Shown: positions 1 through 10,868, numbered from the stretch's first letter. The stretch: DNA of 64,000 nt from an uncultured Gemmatimonadaceae bacterium (GCA_963740355.1 CAVUDW010000003.1:1696001-1760000), one strand, 5' to 3'. Notes: generated from the sequence alone by a model not told the origin. Translations and numbers: made by a program.

Positions 1-35
1 TCTGAACCAATCAATTCCACGGGAGCATAGTCACA

Positions 36-1661
36 GTGGCCACGTCAACACTGCCCATGCCGGACAAGCTGCGCATCAGTCCACTCGGACGCGTCGAGGG
101 TGATCTCGACCTCCGCGTGACACTGCGCGACGGTGTCGTCACGGATGCCTGGACAGAAGCGTCGATGTTTCGCGGGTTCGAGATCATCTTGCGCGGCAAG
201 GATCCGCAGGCTGGTCTGATCGTCACGCCGCGTATCTGCGGCATCTGCGGCGGTTCGCATCTCTACAAGGCCTGTTACGCGCTCGACACCGCCTGGCGCA
301 CGCATGTCCCGCGCAACGCGACGTTGATCCGCAACATCGCACAGGCCTGCGAAACGTTGTTGTCGATTCCGCGCTGGTTCTACGCGCTGTTCGCCATCGA
401 CCTCACCAACAAGAACTACGCCCACCTGCCCGAGTACGACGAGGTAGTTCGCCGTTTCGCGCCGTTCGTGGGCACCAGCTACGAGCCCGGCGTCACGCTC
501 TCGGGCAAGCCGGTCGAGATCTACGCCCTGTTCGGCGGCCAGTGGCCACACTCGAGCTTCATGATCCCGGGTGGTGTGATGTGCGCCCCGACGCTGTCGG
601 ATGTCACCCGCGCGATCGCGATCCTCGATCACTGGAAGCGCGAGTGGCTCGAGAAGCAGTGGCTCGGGTGCTCCGTGGAGCGCTGGATGCAGATCAAGAG
701 CTGGAACGACATGCTGGTGTGGGCCGATGAAAACGACAGCCAGCGCAACTCCGACTGCGGCCTCTTCATCCGGTTCGCTCTCCGCGCAGGCCTCGACAAG
801 TTCGGCCAGGGGTGCGGCTCCTACATCGCCACCGGCACGTACTTCAAGCCGGAACTATATGAGAACCCGACGGTGGACGGTCGCAACGCGGCACTCGTCA
901 GCCGCGCAGGCATCTACGACGGCAAGGGCTTCCACGACTTCGACCACCTGAATGTCCGCGAAGACATCACGAATTCGTTCTACCGTGGCCAGAGCCTGTT
1001 ACATCCATGGCAGGGCGAGACGGACCCGATCGATCCACTCGATGGCCACAAGCAGGGCAAGTATTCTTGGGCCAAGTCGCCGCGGTACAACGTGCCGAAC
1101 ATGGGCACGATGCCGCTGGAGGCCGGACCACTGGCGCGCCAGGTCGTCGCAGGCCGCCCCAGCGACGCAGCGCATCAGGACTACGACCCGTTCATCTACG
1201 ATGCCATCACCACCGTCGGCCCGAGTGTATTGGTCCGCGTGATGGCGCGCATGCACGAAGCCCCGAAGTACGCGGTCTGGGTGCGCCAGTGGCTCGACCA
1301 GCTCGACTTGCACGACAAGTTCTACACCAAGCCCACTGAACACGCCGAGGGTCGCGGCTTTGGCTCCACCGAAGCAGCACGTGGCTCACTCTCCGACTGG
1401 ATCGTGATCAGCAACGGCCGCATCGAGAACTATCAGGTGGTGACGCCGACCGCGTGGAACATCGGCCCACGCGATGGCAACGGGATGCATGGCCCGATGG
1501 AGACCGCCTTCATCGGCGCCGAGATCAAGGACCCTACCGACCCAGTGGAGATGGGCATGGTTGCCCGCTCCTTCGATTCCTGCCTGGTGTGCACGGTGCA
1601 TGCCTACGACGAGAAGAGCGGCAAGGAGTTGTCGAGCTTCCGAATCGGCGAGATGGGATGA
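36..1661 (+). CDS. hucL: [NiFe]-hydrogenase large subunit, group 2a (Huc/HupL-like)
   Basis: L1 motif RICGICGGSH, L2 motif DSCLVCTVH followed by a cleavable C-terminal extension; RVEGDL and YQVVTPTAWN motifs; downstream protease, TPR, NifU-Rieske, NHL and hyp genes. Confidence 0.9.
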   Translation: MATSTLPMPDKLRISPLGRVEGDLDLRVTLRDGVVTDAWTEASMFRGFEIILRGKDPQAGLIVTPRICGICGGSHLYKACYALDTAWRTHVPRNATLIRNIAQACETLLSIPRWFYALFAIDLTNKNYAHLPEYDEVVRRFAPFVGTSYEPGVTLSGKPVEIYALFGGQWPHSSFMIPGGVMCAPTLSDVTRAIAILDHWKREWLEKQWLGCSVERWMQIKSWNDMLVWADENDSQRNSDCGLFIRFALRAGLDKFGQGCGSYIATGTYFKPELYENPTVDGRNAALVSRAGIYDGKGFHDFDHLNVREDITNSFYRGQSLLHPWQGETDPIDPLDGHKQGKYSWAKSPRYNVPNMGTMPLEAGPLARQVVAGRPSDAAHQDYDPFIYDAITTVGPSVLVRVMARMHEAPKYAVWVRQWLDQLDLHDKFYTKPTEHAEGRGFGSTEAARGSLSDWIVISNGRIENYQVVTPTAWNIGPRDGNGMHGPMETAFIGAEIKDPTDPVEMGMVARSFDSCLVCTVHAYDEKSGKELSSFRIGEMG

Positions 1662-2239
1662 CGACAGAGGTGCGTGAGCCTGCAGCGCCCGCTGCGAATC
1701 ACGAGCGAACGGGTCCGGTGAATTATGCCGGACCCGTTCGCACCCTCATCATCGGCTGCGGCAACTTGCTCCGCGGCGATGATGCGGTGGGACCGATCTT
1801 CGTTCGCCACCTCTGGGCGCGTGGCTTGCCCGAAGGGGTGCGGTGCGCCGACGGTGGCACGGGCGGCATGGACGTCGCCTTCCAGATGAAGGGCGTGCCG
1901 CACGTCATTCTCGTCGATGCCTGCCGCAGTGGTTCTGAACCAGGCGCGTTGTTCAAGCTTCCGGGAAGCGAAGTGGAGCACCTCCCGCCACTCGCCGGCA
2001 TCAACCTGCATGCATTTCGCTGGGACCACGCACTGGCCTTCGCCCGCTGGCTTCTGAAGGACCGGTATCCCGAAAAGATCACGGTCTACCTCATCGAAGG
2101 GGAGTCGTTCACGATCGGCGAAGTGCTGTCGCCGGCCGTGGAAGCGGCGATGCATCAGCTGGGCGACCTGCTCCTGAACGAGTTGATCGCCGAGACGAAC
2201 GCCACCGTACAAGTCGAGTCATCCGTCGATGTTGCGTGA
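1658..2239 (+). CDS. Hydrogenase maturation endopeptidase (HupD/HybD family)
   Basis: IIGCGNLLRGDDAVG, DGGTGG and LVDA motifs; ATG overlaps large-subunit stop (ATGA). Confidence 0.93.
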   Translation: MTTEVREPAAPAANHERTGPVNYAGPVRTLIIGCGNLLRGDDAVGPIFVRHLWARGLPEGVRCADGGTGGMDVAFQMKGVPHVILVDACRSGSEPGALFKLPGSEVEHLPPLAGINLHAFRWDHALAFARWLLKDRYPEKITVYLIEGESFTIGEVLSPAVEAAMHQLGDLLLNELIAETNATVQVESSVDVA

Positions 2240-2528
2240 GGTCGAGTTCACCGACCGAGGCTACCTCGTGCTCCGCGCCGAGGTGGCGCAGGAGTTCTTT
2301 CCATTCGACGTCCTGGTCGCGCTGCGACGCGGGCCGGAACTCTGGCTCCTCCCGACGCGTGGCGCGGCAGCGGGCGGGCTGATCCTGAAGCAGCGCAACC
2401 TGCGTGGTGATCGCAGCGTGCTGGTACGCGAGACACTCGAAGACAACGTCCCTCTCGGTGTGCGCTCCGCCTTCTGGGACGATGGGAACGGCGCCTTGCG
2501 CATCGCACTGGTTTCCGCCGGTGCCTGA
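2229..2528 (+). CDS. Small hydrogenase-cluster hypothetical protein
   Basis: 99-aa ORF overlapping both neighbours; GGLILKQRN-GDRSVLV segment. Confidence 0.7.
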   Translation: MLREVEFTDRGYLVLRAEVAQEFFPFDVLVALRRGPELWLLPTRGAAAGGLILKQRNLRGDRSVLVRETLEDNVPLGVRSAFWDDGNGALRIALVSAGA

Positions 2529-2751
2529 GCGTCTCTTTCCCGGTGACGCGCTGTCGGTTCGTGCCATCATCGAACTGGAACGGGGTCGCTGGGTGCTGAC
2601 GCTCGAAGTGTTGATGGTGCCTGACCGGCCGGACTATATCGTCCGCCACCGGATTGCCGACTACCCGACGCGTGAGCGCGCCGAAGTCGCTGCGAAGTGG
2701 ATGGTGAGTGCCGCCGACCGCAACATTCCGCATCCTCCCCTGGGATTCTGA
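2521..2751 (+). CDS. Small hydrogenase-cluster hypothetical protein
   Basis: GTG start overlapping the upstream stop region; fills the operon gap. Confidence 0.6.
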   Translation: MPERLFPGDALSVRAIIELERGRWVLTLEVLMVPDRPDYIVRHRIADYPTRERAEVAAKWMVSAADRNIPHPPLGF

Positions 2752-2758
2752 GATTCTG

Positions 2759-4018
2759 ATGCCGCAACCGATCGATCATCCGCAACCACTCGGCATCTTC
2801 CCCTTTCCCGCGGGACTGTTGCTGCTGCCCGCCAGCGACGATCCGACGGCCGCCGACGTACGTGCGGCGTTGATGCGCGGTGAAATGCCTGAGGAAGTGC
2901 CAGGCGAATGGGCGTTCTTTCGCGCCGCAATTCACGAGGGGACTGAGGAGGCGATCGAACTGCTCCGGCACGACCCCTCACCGATTGCCGGCTACAATCG
3001 CTTTGTCCTCGATGGCGATCAGGTCGGCCGCGAGACCGCCCTCCGAGATGGGAGCGATGTGCTGCAGCGGCTCACAGCGCTAGTGGAATTCGTTCAGGGG
3101 GTGAGTGATTCGCTACCAAGCGACGATGGCCTGAGCGGCGAGTTCCGCGCCAACATCCTGCTCGCCAAGGCCGCGGCAGAGTTGTCCGCGGAGCGCTTCA
3201 ATGAGGCCGCCGCGTTGCTCACGGAGGGCATTGGCGAGGCGAGTGCCCTGTCGCCGGTACTCGGCGCACAGCTGATGGCACAGCTGGCGCAGATTCAGTC
3301 ATCGCTGCCAAACGCCACCGTCCAGAACACGCTCAACCTCTGGAAGAGCGCCATCGCGCTGGCAGCCGACACGCCGCTGCCCCACCTGCGCGGCGACCTG
3401 CGCGTGGGACTCGCGATTGCCCTCCACGAAGCCGCCGGTGAACGTCGCGAGTTGCTGGTCGAAGCGGTGAAGATGTACCAGGCCGCCCTGCACGCCGGCA
3501 TCACGATCGAGGAGACGCCCGAGACCTATGCGTTGGCCCAGAACAACATTGGCCTCGCTTATCTCACCATGCCGATGACCGACGCTGGCGACAAGCTGCG
3601 TCACGCGGTCGCGGTGCAGTCATTCCGCGAGGCGCTCAAGGTCTACACCCCCGAGACACACCTCGAGGCGTGGACCAGCACGATGCTCAACATGGCCAAC
3701 GCCCTCCAGTACCTGCCGTCGGCACGACCGGAAGAACACCTCATCCAGGCCGTCGAGACCTACGAGCAGTTGCTCGAAGTGCGCAACAAGGCCTTCGACC
3801 CGCTGGGCTACGCGCGGCTGCTCGCCAATCAGGCGAATGCACTCGCGCATCTTGGCATGTTCCAGCCCGCAACGGAAAAGTTCACGGAAGCGCACAAGCT
3901 GCTGCACTGGCACGGTGAAGCCGAGATGGCGGCGTCGATCCTCGAGCAGCTGGAGCGGATCAATGCGCAACTCGTGCCGGCATCGCCGGATGACGATGCG
4001 ACGGGAGGCACCGCCTGA
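2759..4018 (+). CDS. Tetratricopeptide-repeat protein of the hydrogenase cluster
   Basis: TPR-like helices (YALAQNNIGLAY, WTSTMLNMANALQY, YARLLANQANALAHLG). Confidence 0.85.
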   Translation: MPQPIDHPQPLGIFPFPAGLLLLPASDDPTAADVRAALMRGEMPEEVPGEWAFFRAAIHEGTEEAIELLRHDPSPIAGYNRFVLDGDQVGRETALRDGSDVLQRLTALVEFVQGVSDSLPSDDGLSGEFRANILLAKAAAELSAERFNEAAALLTEGIGEASALSPVLGAQLMAQLAQIQSSLPNATVQNTLNLWKSAIALAADTPLPHLRGDLRVGLAIALHEAAGERRELLVEAVKMYQAALHAGITIEETPETYALAQNNIGLAYLTMPMTDAGDKLRHAVAVQSFREALKVYTPETHLEAWTSTMLNMANALQYLPSARPEEHLIQAVETYEQLLEVRNKAFDPLGYARLLANQANALAHLGMFQPATEKFTEAHKLLHWHGEAEMAASILEQLERINAQLVPASPDDDATGGTA

Positions 4019-4395
4019 TGGACATCCATGCCCGGCAGCAGTTCGACTTCTTCTTCAACGCGGCGATCGAGCGCTTCGTCGATCGCATCGAACAGCGCTG
4101 CGGTGGTCCGGTGCCAGCGCTGGAAAAACTGCGCACCGATCCGAACGGCGAAGGGGTCTGGCTGGATGAGTTCACGGCAGCACTCTTCCGCGATTTCCTG
4201 CTCGACAACGCCGCCGGCTCGGCCTTCATCCTGCAGGCCCTGGCGCGGCGGCCGGCGCTGGCGACCACCGGTGAAGGCCTGACCGTGGAACAGGCGATGA
4301 GTGCGATGGCCCGCAGCGCATTCGCCTCGGTCCTCCGCATCAAGACCGACGAACAGCTCGAGCAGCGCCTCGCCTTCCAGGTGGTGGACGAATGA
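4018..4395 (+). CDS. Hydrogenase-cluster hypothetical protein
   Basis: 125-aa helical ORF coupled to both neighbours. Confidence 0.75.
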   Translation: MDIHARQQFDFFFNAAIERFVDRIEQRCGGPVPALEKLRTDPNGEGVWLDEFTAALFRDFLLDNAAGSAFILQALARRPALATTGEGLTVEQAMSAMARSAFASVLRIKTDEQLEQRLAFQVVDE

Positions 4396-5261
4396 GCACC
4401 GGCGTTGCACCAGCGGTCGCACCGAACGACCTCGCATCGCTGGCGAAGGCTGTCGAGTCAGCGATGCTGGAAGTGAAAGGCATGCCAATCGACCATCGGA
4501 CGCGTGCGATCGCGCTAAAGGAGTCAGTCGAGGCCTTTCACAAGGCGGGACTGACCACGATCGTGAAGACGCTCAAGACCGATCCTCGGGGCATGGAACT
4601 GTTGCTCGAGCTGGCCGACGATCCATCCGTGTACGCGCTGTTCGCCATGCACGGAATCGTGAAGGCGGATCTGCGCACGCGTGTTGCCAGCGTGGTGGAA
4701 ACCGTGCGACCGTACACCCAGTCGCATGGCGGAGACGTCGAGCTGGTCGATGTGCGCGATGGCACCGTGTACGTGAAGATGGCGGGCGCCTGCAATGGAT
4801 GCAGTATGTCTGCCGTCACGCTGCGCAATGGTGTGGAAGAAGCGCTGCGCGAGCAGTGTCCGGAGATTACCGCGATCGAAGTGGTGCCGAACGAGCCGAC
4901 ACCGGCGGTGATTCCGCTGGTGTCGATCCAGCGCGGGGGAGCGAATGCAGGCTGGCTGGAAGGCCCGCCCCTCGACGACCTGCGTGACGGCAAGCCATTC
5001 CGGATGGAGATGAAGGATGGCAAGAGCCTCGTCCTGCTGCGTTTCGGCGAGAGCATCTCTGCCTTCCACAACGAGTGCGCGCATCAAGGACTGCCGATCG
5101 ATGGAGGTATGGTGGACATCGAATCGCGCACGATCACCTGCCCATGGCATGGCTTCCGCTTCGATTGTGCGACGGGCGAGTGTCTCACCGCGCCGCAGGC
5201 CCAGCTGGAACAGGTGCCTCTGCGCATCGATGCGGGACGCATCATGGTGCGGCCCACGTGA
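4392..5261 (+). CDS. NifU-C plus Rieske [2Fe-2S] protein (HucE-like)
   Basis: SHGGDVEL...GACNGCSMS (NifU) and CAHQG...CPWHG (Rieske). Confidence 0.9.
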   Translation: MSTGVAPAVAPNDLASLAKAVESAMLEVKGMPIDHRTRAIALKESVEAFHKAGLTTIVKTLKTDPRGMELLLELADDPSVYALFAMHGIVKADLRTRVASVVETVRPYTQSHGGDVELVDVRDGTVYVKMAGACNGCSMSAVTLRNGVEEALREQCPEITAIEVVPNEPTPAVIPLVSIQRGGANAGWLEGPPLDDLRDGKPFRMEMKDGKSLVLLRFGESISAFHNECAHQGLPIDGGMVDIESRTITCPWHGFRFDCATGECLTAPQAQLEQVPLRIDAGRIMVRPT

Positions 5262-6373
5262 AACCGCTGGTCCGACTCGGTGCGGCATCGCCGTTCGGAC
5301 TTGCCTTGCCGTCGGCACAACCGACGGCGTCGCAGATGTATGGGCCACGTGGCGTCTGGTTCAATGATGACCTCCTGATCGTGGCCGATTCCGGCAATCA
5401 CCGCATCCTGATCTGGCGCGGTATCCCCGATCGCGATGGCGCGGATGCTGATGTCGTGCTGGGTCAACCGGACTTCACCTCGGAAGGGCCACGTGACGCG
5501 GCGCTCGGTGTGCACCTGCCGACGGGCGTGCTGGTGGTGGACGGCAATCTCTGCGTCGCCGATGCCTGGCATCATCGTGTGCTGGTATGGGATGGTGTCC
5601 CCGTCGCGTCAGGGACGCCGCCCGCCTACGCGATCGGTCAGGCAACTCTCAATGATGCGCTACCCAATCGCGGCGGCGACGTTGCTGCTACGACGCTCTA
5701 CTGGCCGTACGGCATCGGCTGGCACGCTGGCACCTTCTGGATCGCTGACACGGGAAACCGCCGTGTGCTGGGTTGGCATGGTCTGCCCCGCGCCGACCAG
5801 CCGGCAGACATCGTGCTTGGCCAACCCGACTTCTTCACCAACGATGAAAATCGCGGCGCGGACGTTACCGCCTCGTCGTTCCGCTGGCCACACGCCATCA
5901 CGGGTGTCGGTGACACGCTCTACGTTGCCGACGCGGGCAACCACCGAGTCCTGGGATGGTCACCGCTGCCGCAAGCGGATGTGCCGGCCACGCTCGTGAT
6001 CGGCCAGCCGGACTTCACATCGAATGCCGAGTTGCCGCACCGCAAGCAAGGCGCACACCGCATGCGCTTCCCGTACGGCATCGCGAGCGACGGTGAGGTG
6101 CTTGCCGTTGGTGATACGGCGAACAATCGCGTGCTTTTCTGGCCGGAGCCGCCATCACATGGCGCCGGGTCGAGCGCTGCCGCCGTGATTGGCCAGGAAA
6201 ACTTCGATGCCGCGGGCGAGAATCGCTGGAAGGCCGTTGGTGACGACACACTCTGCTGGCCGTACGGCCTCTGGATGCACGGTGGCCGCATGGCCGTCGC
6301 CGACTCCGGCAACAATCGTGTGATGATCTGGGAAACCGCTGACGTCACCGCTGACATCCTTACTCCGAGCTGA
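5258..6373 (+). CDS. NHL-repeat beta-propeller protein
   Basis: Six repeats of the P-G....VAD-GN-RV form with GQPDF linkers. Confidence 0.88.
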   Translation: MKPLVRLGAASPFGLALPSAQPTASQMYGPRGVWFNDDLLIVADSGNHRILIWRGIPDRDGADADVVLGQPDFTSEGPRDAALGVHLPTGVLVVDGNLCVADAWHHRVLVWDGVPVASGTPPAYAIGQATLNDALPNRGGDVAATTLYWPYGIGWHAGTFWIADTGNRRVLGWHGLPRADQPADIVLGQPDFFTNDENRGADVTASSFRWPHAITGVGDTLYVADAGNHRVLGWSPLPQADVPATLVIGQPDFTSNAELPHRKQGAHRMRFPYGIASDGEVLAVGDTANNRVLFWPEPPSHGAGSSAAAVIGQENFDAAGENRWKAVGDDTLCWPYGLWMHGGRMAVADSGNNRVMIWETADVTADILTPS

Positions 6374-6375
6374 CC

Positions 6376-6678
6376 ATGTGCCTCGCCGTTCCCGGACAGA
6401 TCGTCGAAATCTTCGCTGCACAGGGTACACGCATGGCGAAGCTCGATTTCGGTGGCATCCAGAAGCAGGTCTGCCTTGCGTACCTGCCTGATGCCGTCGT
6501 TGGCGACTACGCCATCGTGCACGTCGGCTTTGCGATCAGCCGCATCGACGAGGCGTCAGCGCAGGAAACGCTACGACACTTCCGCGAGCTTGGTATTCTC
6601 GAGGAGGAGCTGGGCGAGGCGACACCGGAGCAGTACGCCGCGCCGCACGGCGAGGTGTGCGACGTGGTGACGCCATGA
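6376..6678 (+). CDS. hypC: Hydrogenase maturation chaperone HypC
   Basis: MCLAVPG N-terminus, [13 protein letters not shown]. Confidence 0.97.
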   Translation: MCLAVPGQIVEIFAAQGTRMAKLDFGGIQKQVCLAYLPDAVVGDYAIVHVGFAISRIDEASAQETLRHFRELGILEEELGEATPEQYAAPHGEVCDVVTP

Positions 6679-7802
6679 AGTACCTCGCCGAATTCCGCGA
6701 CGGCGAGATCGCACAGAAGCTCGCGGCGGAAATCCGTGCGATCACCACCAGGCCGTGGGCGATCATGGAGGTCTGCGGCGGCCAGACGCACAGCATCCTC
6801 CGCAATGGCATCGATCAGCTGCTGCCCGAGGAGATCGAACTGATTCACGGCCCGGGCTGCCCGGTCTGTGTGACGCCGCTGGACATGATCGACAAGGCGC
6901 TGGCCATCGCCGCGTTGCCGAACGTGATCTTCACCAGCTTCGGCGACATGCTGCGCGTGCCGGGCAGCGAGAAGGACCTCTTCCGCGTGAAGAGTGAAGG
7001 CGGCGACGTGCGCATCATCTACTCGCCGCTCGACGCGGTGCAGATGGCGCGGGAGAATCCCACAAAGCAGGTGGTGTTCTTCGGCATCGGCTTCGAGACC
7101 ACCGCGCCGGCCAACGCAATGGCCGTGTTTCTGGCGAAGAAGGAAGGGCTGAAGAATTTCTCGATGCTCGTGTCGCACGTGCTGGTGCCACCGGCCATCG
7201 ACGCCATCATGTCGGCTCCCGGCAACCGGGTGCAGGCCTTTCTCGCCGCGGGACACGTCTGCAGCGTGATGGGCTTCTGGCAGTACCCGCCGCTGGCCAG
7301 CGAAGCATCATGTGCCGATCGTGATCACCGGCTTCGAGCCACTCGACGTGCTGGAGGGGATCCGCCGCACGGTGCAGTGCCTCGAGAACGACGAGGCGCG
7401 CGTGGACAACGCCTACGCCCGCGTGGTGACCTTCGATGGCAATGCCCCGCGCAGGCGCTGCTGGAGGAAGTATTCACCGTCACTGATCGCGCCTGGCGTG
7501 GTATTGGCGTGATTCCGCAGAGTGGCTGGCGCTTGAGCGATGCGTATGCCGACTACGATGCCGAGCACCGCTTCGATGTCGGCGATATCCGCACGGTCGA
7601 GAGTGCGCTCTGCCGTGCGGGCGAAGTGTTGCAGGGGTCGATCAAACCCAGCCAGTGCGAAGCGTTCGGCAAGCAGTGCACGCCGCGCACACCGCTCGGT
7701 GCCACCATGGTTTCCAGTGAGGGTGCCTGTGCCGCCTATTACAACTACGGTCGATTCCACACCCTCGAACGCGCCAGTCTCGCACGAGCGACCGTTGGCT
7801 GA
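6675..7802 (+). CDS. hypD: Hydrogenase maturation protein HypD (two compensating frameshifts near 7300 and 7447)
   Basis: [33 protein letters not shown]; the conserved [11 protein letters not shown] segment is in another frame (ORF 7312..7512). Confidence 0.93.
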   Translation: MKYLAEFRDGEIAQKLAAEIRAITTRPWAIMEVCGGQTHSILRNGIDQLLPEEIELIHGPGCPVCVTPLDMIDKALAIAALPNVIFTSFGDMLRVPGSEKDLFRVKSEGGDVRIIYSPLDAVQMARENPTKQVVFFGIGFETTAPANAMAVFLAKKEGLKNFSMLVSHVLVPPAIDAIMSAPGNRVQAFLAAGHVCSVMGFWQYPPLASEASCADRDHRLRATRRAGGDPPHGAVPRERRGARGQRLRPRGDLRWQCPAQALLEEVFTVTDRAWRGIGVIPQSGWRLSDAYADYDAEHRFDVGDIRTVESALCRAGEVLQGSIKPSQCEAFGKQCTPRTPLGATMVSSEGACAAYYNYGRFHTLERASLARATVG

Positions 7803-8880
7803 GTCGACGCTGATCGAGCCGATGCCAGCACACCCGATCAACGGCGCGTGGAGCTGCCCGCTGCCGCTGCGCGACTATCCGACGATCGTGATCGGTCATG
7901 GCGGCGGCGGGCAGCTCGGTAATGAACTGGTGGAGCATCTCTTCAAGCCCGCCTTCTCGAACGACGTGCTGGATCGCATGGCCGATTCCGCGGTGCTCAC
8001 GCTACCGCCAGGGCGCATTGCCTATTCCACCGACAGCTTCGTCGTGCGCCCACTCGAGTTTCCTGGCGGCAGCATCGGCGCGCTGGCCGTGAACGGCACC
8101 GTGAACGATCTGGCGATGAGTGGCGCCAGGCCGCTGTTCCTCAGCGCGGGATTCATTCTCGAGGAAGGGCTGCCGATGGCGACGCTCGGCCGCATCGTGA
8201 GCGACATGGCGGCGGCCGCGCGTGAGGCTGGCGTGCGCATCGTGACGGGTGACACGAAAGTGGTGGAGCGTGGGCACGGCGACGGGTGCTACATTAACAC
8301 CTCCGGCATCGGCATCATCGCCGACGGTATCACGATTGCGCCGCAGCGCGCCGCCGTCGGTGACGTCGTGATCGTCAGCGGTACGATCGGCGATCATGGC
8401 ATGGCGATCATGAGCGTGCGCGAAGGGCTGGAGTTCGACACCACCATCGTCAGCGACTGCGCACCACTGAACGGGCTGGTCGACGCGATGCTGGCCGTGA
8501 CCACCGACATCCATGTCCTGCGCGATCCAACGCGGGGAGGTCTCGCGTCGTCACTGAACGAGATCGCGGGCGCCGCCAACGTCGGGATCGTGATCCGGGA
8601 GTCGGCGCTGCCGGTCCTGCCGCAAGTCGCCTCCGCCTGTGAGATCCTCGGCCTCGATCCGGTGTTCGTCGCCAATGAAGGGAAGCTGCTGGCCATCGTG
8701 CCGCCGGAACACGCGGTGGCCGTCCTGGCAGCGATGCGTGACCATCCACGTGGCGCGAACGCGGCGATCATCGGGGAAGTCACCGCCGCGCATCCGGGCA
8801 TGCTGGTCGCGAAGACGGCCATTGGGGCGCAACGGGTGATCGCGATGCAGATCGGCGAACAGCTGCCACGGATCTGCTGA
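7795..8880 (+). CDS. hypE: Hydrogenase maturation protein HypE (start 7795 TTG or 7822 ATG)
   Basis: HGGGG, TDSFVV, GDTKVV, RDPTRGG, C-terminal PRIC. Confidence 0.96.
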   Translation: MAESTLIEPMPAHPINGAWSCPLPLRDYPTIVIGHGGGGQLGNELVEHLFKPAFSNDVLDRMADSAVLTLPPGRIAYSTDSFVVRPLEFPGGSIGALAVNGTVNDLAMSGARPLFLSAGFILEEGLPMATLGRIVSDMAAAAREAGVRIVTGDTKVVERGHGDGCYINTSGIGIIADGITIAPQRAAVGDVVIVSGTIGDHGMAIMSVREGLEFDTTIVSDCAPLNGLVDAMLAVTTDIHVLRDPTRGGLASSLNEIAGAANVGIVIRESALPVLPQVASACEILGLDPVFVANEGKLLAIVPPEHAVAVLAAMRDHPRGANAAIIGEVTAAHPGMLVAKTAIGAQRVIAMQIGEQLPRIC

Positions 8881-8933
8881 AGGCGAGCGGCCGGCAACTT
8901 CAGCTCCGCTGAGCGGCAGGGTAATTTCGCCGC

Positions 8934-9845
8934 ATGCCGCTCTTCTCTCGGTGCCAGACACTTCTGGTCGCTTCGACATTCCTGCCACTGCTGCTGAGTG
9001 CGCAGTCGGTTGCCCCATCGCGCGCCGCAGAGTGCCCGAGCTGCGCCGAATGGAATGCCCCCCAAAAGGCCACGCGCCTCTTCGGCAACACCTACTTCGT
9101 CGGCACGCGGGGCCTGACTGCGCTACTGATCATGTCGCCGAGCGGTCACATCCTGATCGACGGTGGCCTGCCGGAATCTGCGCCGCTCATTCTCGCGAAT
9201 CTGGCATCACTTGGCGTGCGCACGCGCGACGTGAAGCTGATCCTCAATACGCACGACCACTTCGATCACGCCGGCGGCCTGGCGGCGCTGCAGCGGGCGA
9301 CGCGTGCCGAGGTGGCCGCCAGTCCCCGGAGCGCGCCGGTGCTCGAGCGCGGGATATCCGGACCCGATGATCCACAATACGGCATCCTGCTCCCCTTCCC
9401 GCGCGTCCAGTCGCGTGTGCGCCTGATCGCCGACAACGAGGTGCTGCGCGTCGGCCCCTTGCAGGTCACGGCGCACTTCACGCCGGGGCACTCGCCGGGT
9501 GGCACCAGCTGGACGTGGACGTCGTGCGACCAGGGGCGCTGCCTCGACTTCGTGTATGCCGACAGCCAGTCGCCGATCTCGGCCGATGGGTTTTTCTACA
9601 CGAAGAGCCTGACCTATCCGACCGGTGTGGCGGATTTCGAGCGCGGGCAGCGGGTCATCGCAGGCCTGTCGTGCGATGTGCTGATCACGCCGCACCCCAG
9701 CGCCTCGCAGCTCTGGGAACGGGTGGCGGCGCGCGACACCAGCAATGTGAGCGCTCTCGTCGACCGTGAGGCCTGCCGGCGTTTTGCCGCCAATGCCCAG
9801 GCCCAGCTGGCCAAGCGTGTGGCGACGGAGCGTGGGACGCCATAG
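8934..9845 (+). CDS. Subclass B3 metallo-beta-lactamase
   Basis: Signal peptide; WNAPQ..RLFGNTYFVGT; THDHFDHAGG; TPGHSPGGTSW; TPH; C-terminal ACR. Confidence 0.87.
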   Translation: MPLFSRCQTLLVASTFLPLLLSAQSVAPSRAAECPSCAEWNAPQKATRLFGNTYFVGTRGLTALLIMSPSGHILIDGGLPESAPLILANLASLGVRTRDVKLILNTHDHFDHAGGLAALQRATRAEVAASPRSAPVLERGISGPDDPQYGILLPFPRVQSRVRLIADNEVLRVGPLQVTAHFTPGHSPGGTSWTWTSCDQGRCLDFVYADSQSPISADGFFYTKSLTYPTGVADFERGQRVIAGLSCDVLITPHPSASQLWERVAARDTSNVSALVDREACRRFAANAQAQLAKRVATERGTP

Positions 9846-9944
9846 GGGCAGGGCGGACGCGGGACTTGGAACTCGGGTGGCGGCGCCTACGTAGCGTCTA
9901 CCAATCGCCACCCAGGCTCCCCTCCGCTCCCGAGGATCGGCACG

Positions 9945-10868
9945 ATGATGCTCCTACGCGCGCCACGTACGCTGCGTCGCTTCATGGTGCTGCTCGGATG
10001 CGCGGCGTCCGTCGCACAGTCACAGGCCGCCGATCCTGCCGACGCGGCGTTCACCAGGTCTGACTGGCCGACGGCTGGGCGCCTCTACCGCGCCATCGTC
10101 GACCGGGATTCAACCAACCTGCGTGCGCAATTTCGGCTGGGAATCGCGCTCTTCGAACAACGACAGTTCGCCGCCGCGATCCCGGCCTTCGAGCGCACGG
10201 CGCACGCCGGCTTTCAGCCAGTCGTTTCCGAGTTTCGACTTACGCGGGCGCACGCACAACTCGGCCACGTCGACGCCGCACTGACACACCTCGAGCGCGC
10301 GGCCAGTGCCGGGATCGATCCCGAGCTGGTGCGCCTCAATCCCGACATCGCCACTCTGCGGAATGAGGCACGCTACACCGCCGTCCTTCAGCGACTGGAC
10401 GATGCGCGCTTTCCATGCCGGCGCGGTACCGAGGCGCATCAGTTCGATTTCTGGCTTGGCGAGTGGACCGTCACACCATGGGCGTCCGATGCCTCCGCCG
10501 CTCCCATAGGACACAACAGCGTGACGACGGATCTCGAGCAGTGCGTCGTGAATGAATCGTGGACACCACGCTCGGGACACAAGGGCCGCAGCGTCAATTT
10601 CTGGGATACCAATCGGCAGGCGTGGCGCCAGGTCTGGGTTTCGGCCGACGGCACATCACTCGACTACGAAGGCCACCTCGTCGACAACGCCATGCGCTTC
10701 ACGGGCTGGACGCTTGGCACGAACGGAAAGAAGGTGATGCAGAAGCTGACTTTCTTCCGCATGGCAGCGGACACCGTGCGCCAGCTGTTCGAGGCGTCCG
10801 ATGACGAAGGCGCGACGTGGAAGAGCACCTTCGACGGCCGGTACGTCCGCGCGAGGACTACCCCATGA
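9945..10868 (+). CDS. Secreted TPR protein with a C-terminal beta-barrel domain (QFDFWLGEW type)
   Basis: Signal peptide, TPR helices, QFDFWLGEW...WRQVWV...SDDEGATW. Confidence 0.75.
   Translation: MMLLRAPRTLRRFMVLLGCAASVAQSQAADPADAAFTRSDWPTAGRLYRAIVDRDSTNLRAQFRLGIALFEQRQFAAAIPAFERTAHAGFQPVVSEFRLTRAHAQLGHVDAALTHLERAASAGIDPELVRLNPDIATLRNEARYTAVLQRLDDARFPCRRGTEAHQFDFWLGEWTVTPWASDASAAPIGHNSVTTDLEQCVVNESWTPRSGHKGRSVNFWDTNRQAWRQVWVSADGTSLDYEGHLVDNAMRFTGWTLGTNGKKVMQKLTFFRMAADTVRQLFEASDDEGATWKSTFDGRYVRARTTP

Noticed and set aside
36..1661. Sensory HupV/HoxC hydrogenase
   Set aside because: It has a cleavable C-terminal extension and an adjacent maturation protease, with no kinase in the window
6675..7802. 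hypD as a pseudogene or programmed frameshift
   Set aside because: Compensating indels without a clear slippery site, in a window with many similar indels, point to sequencing error
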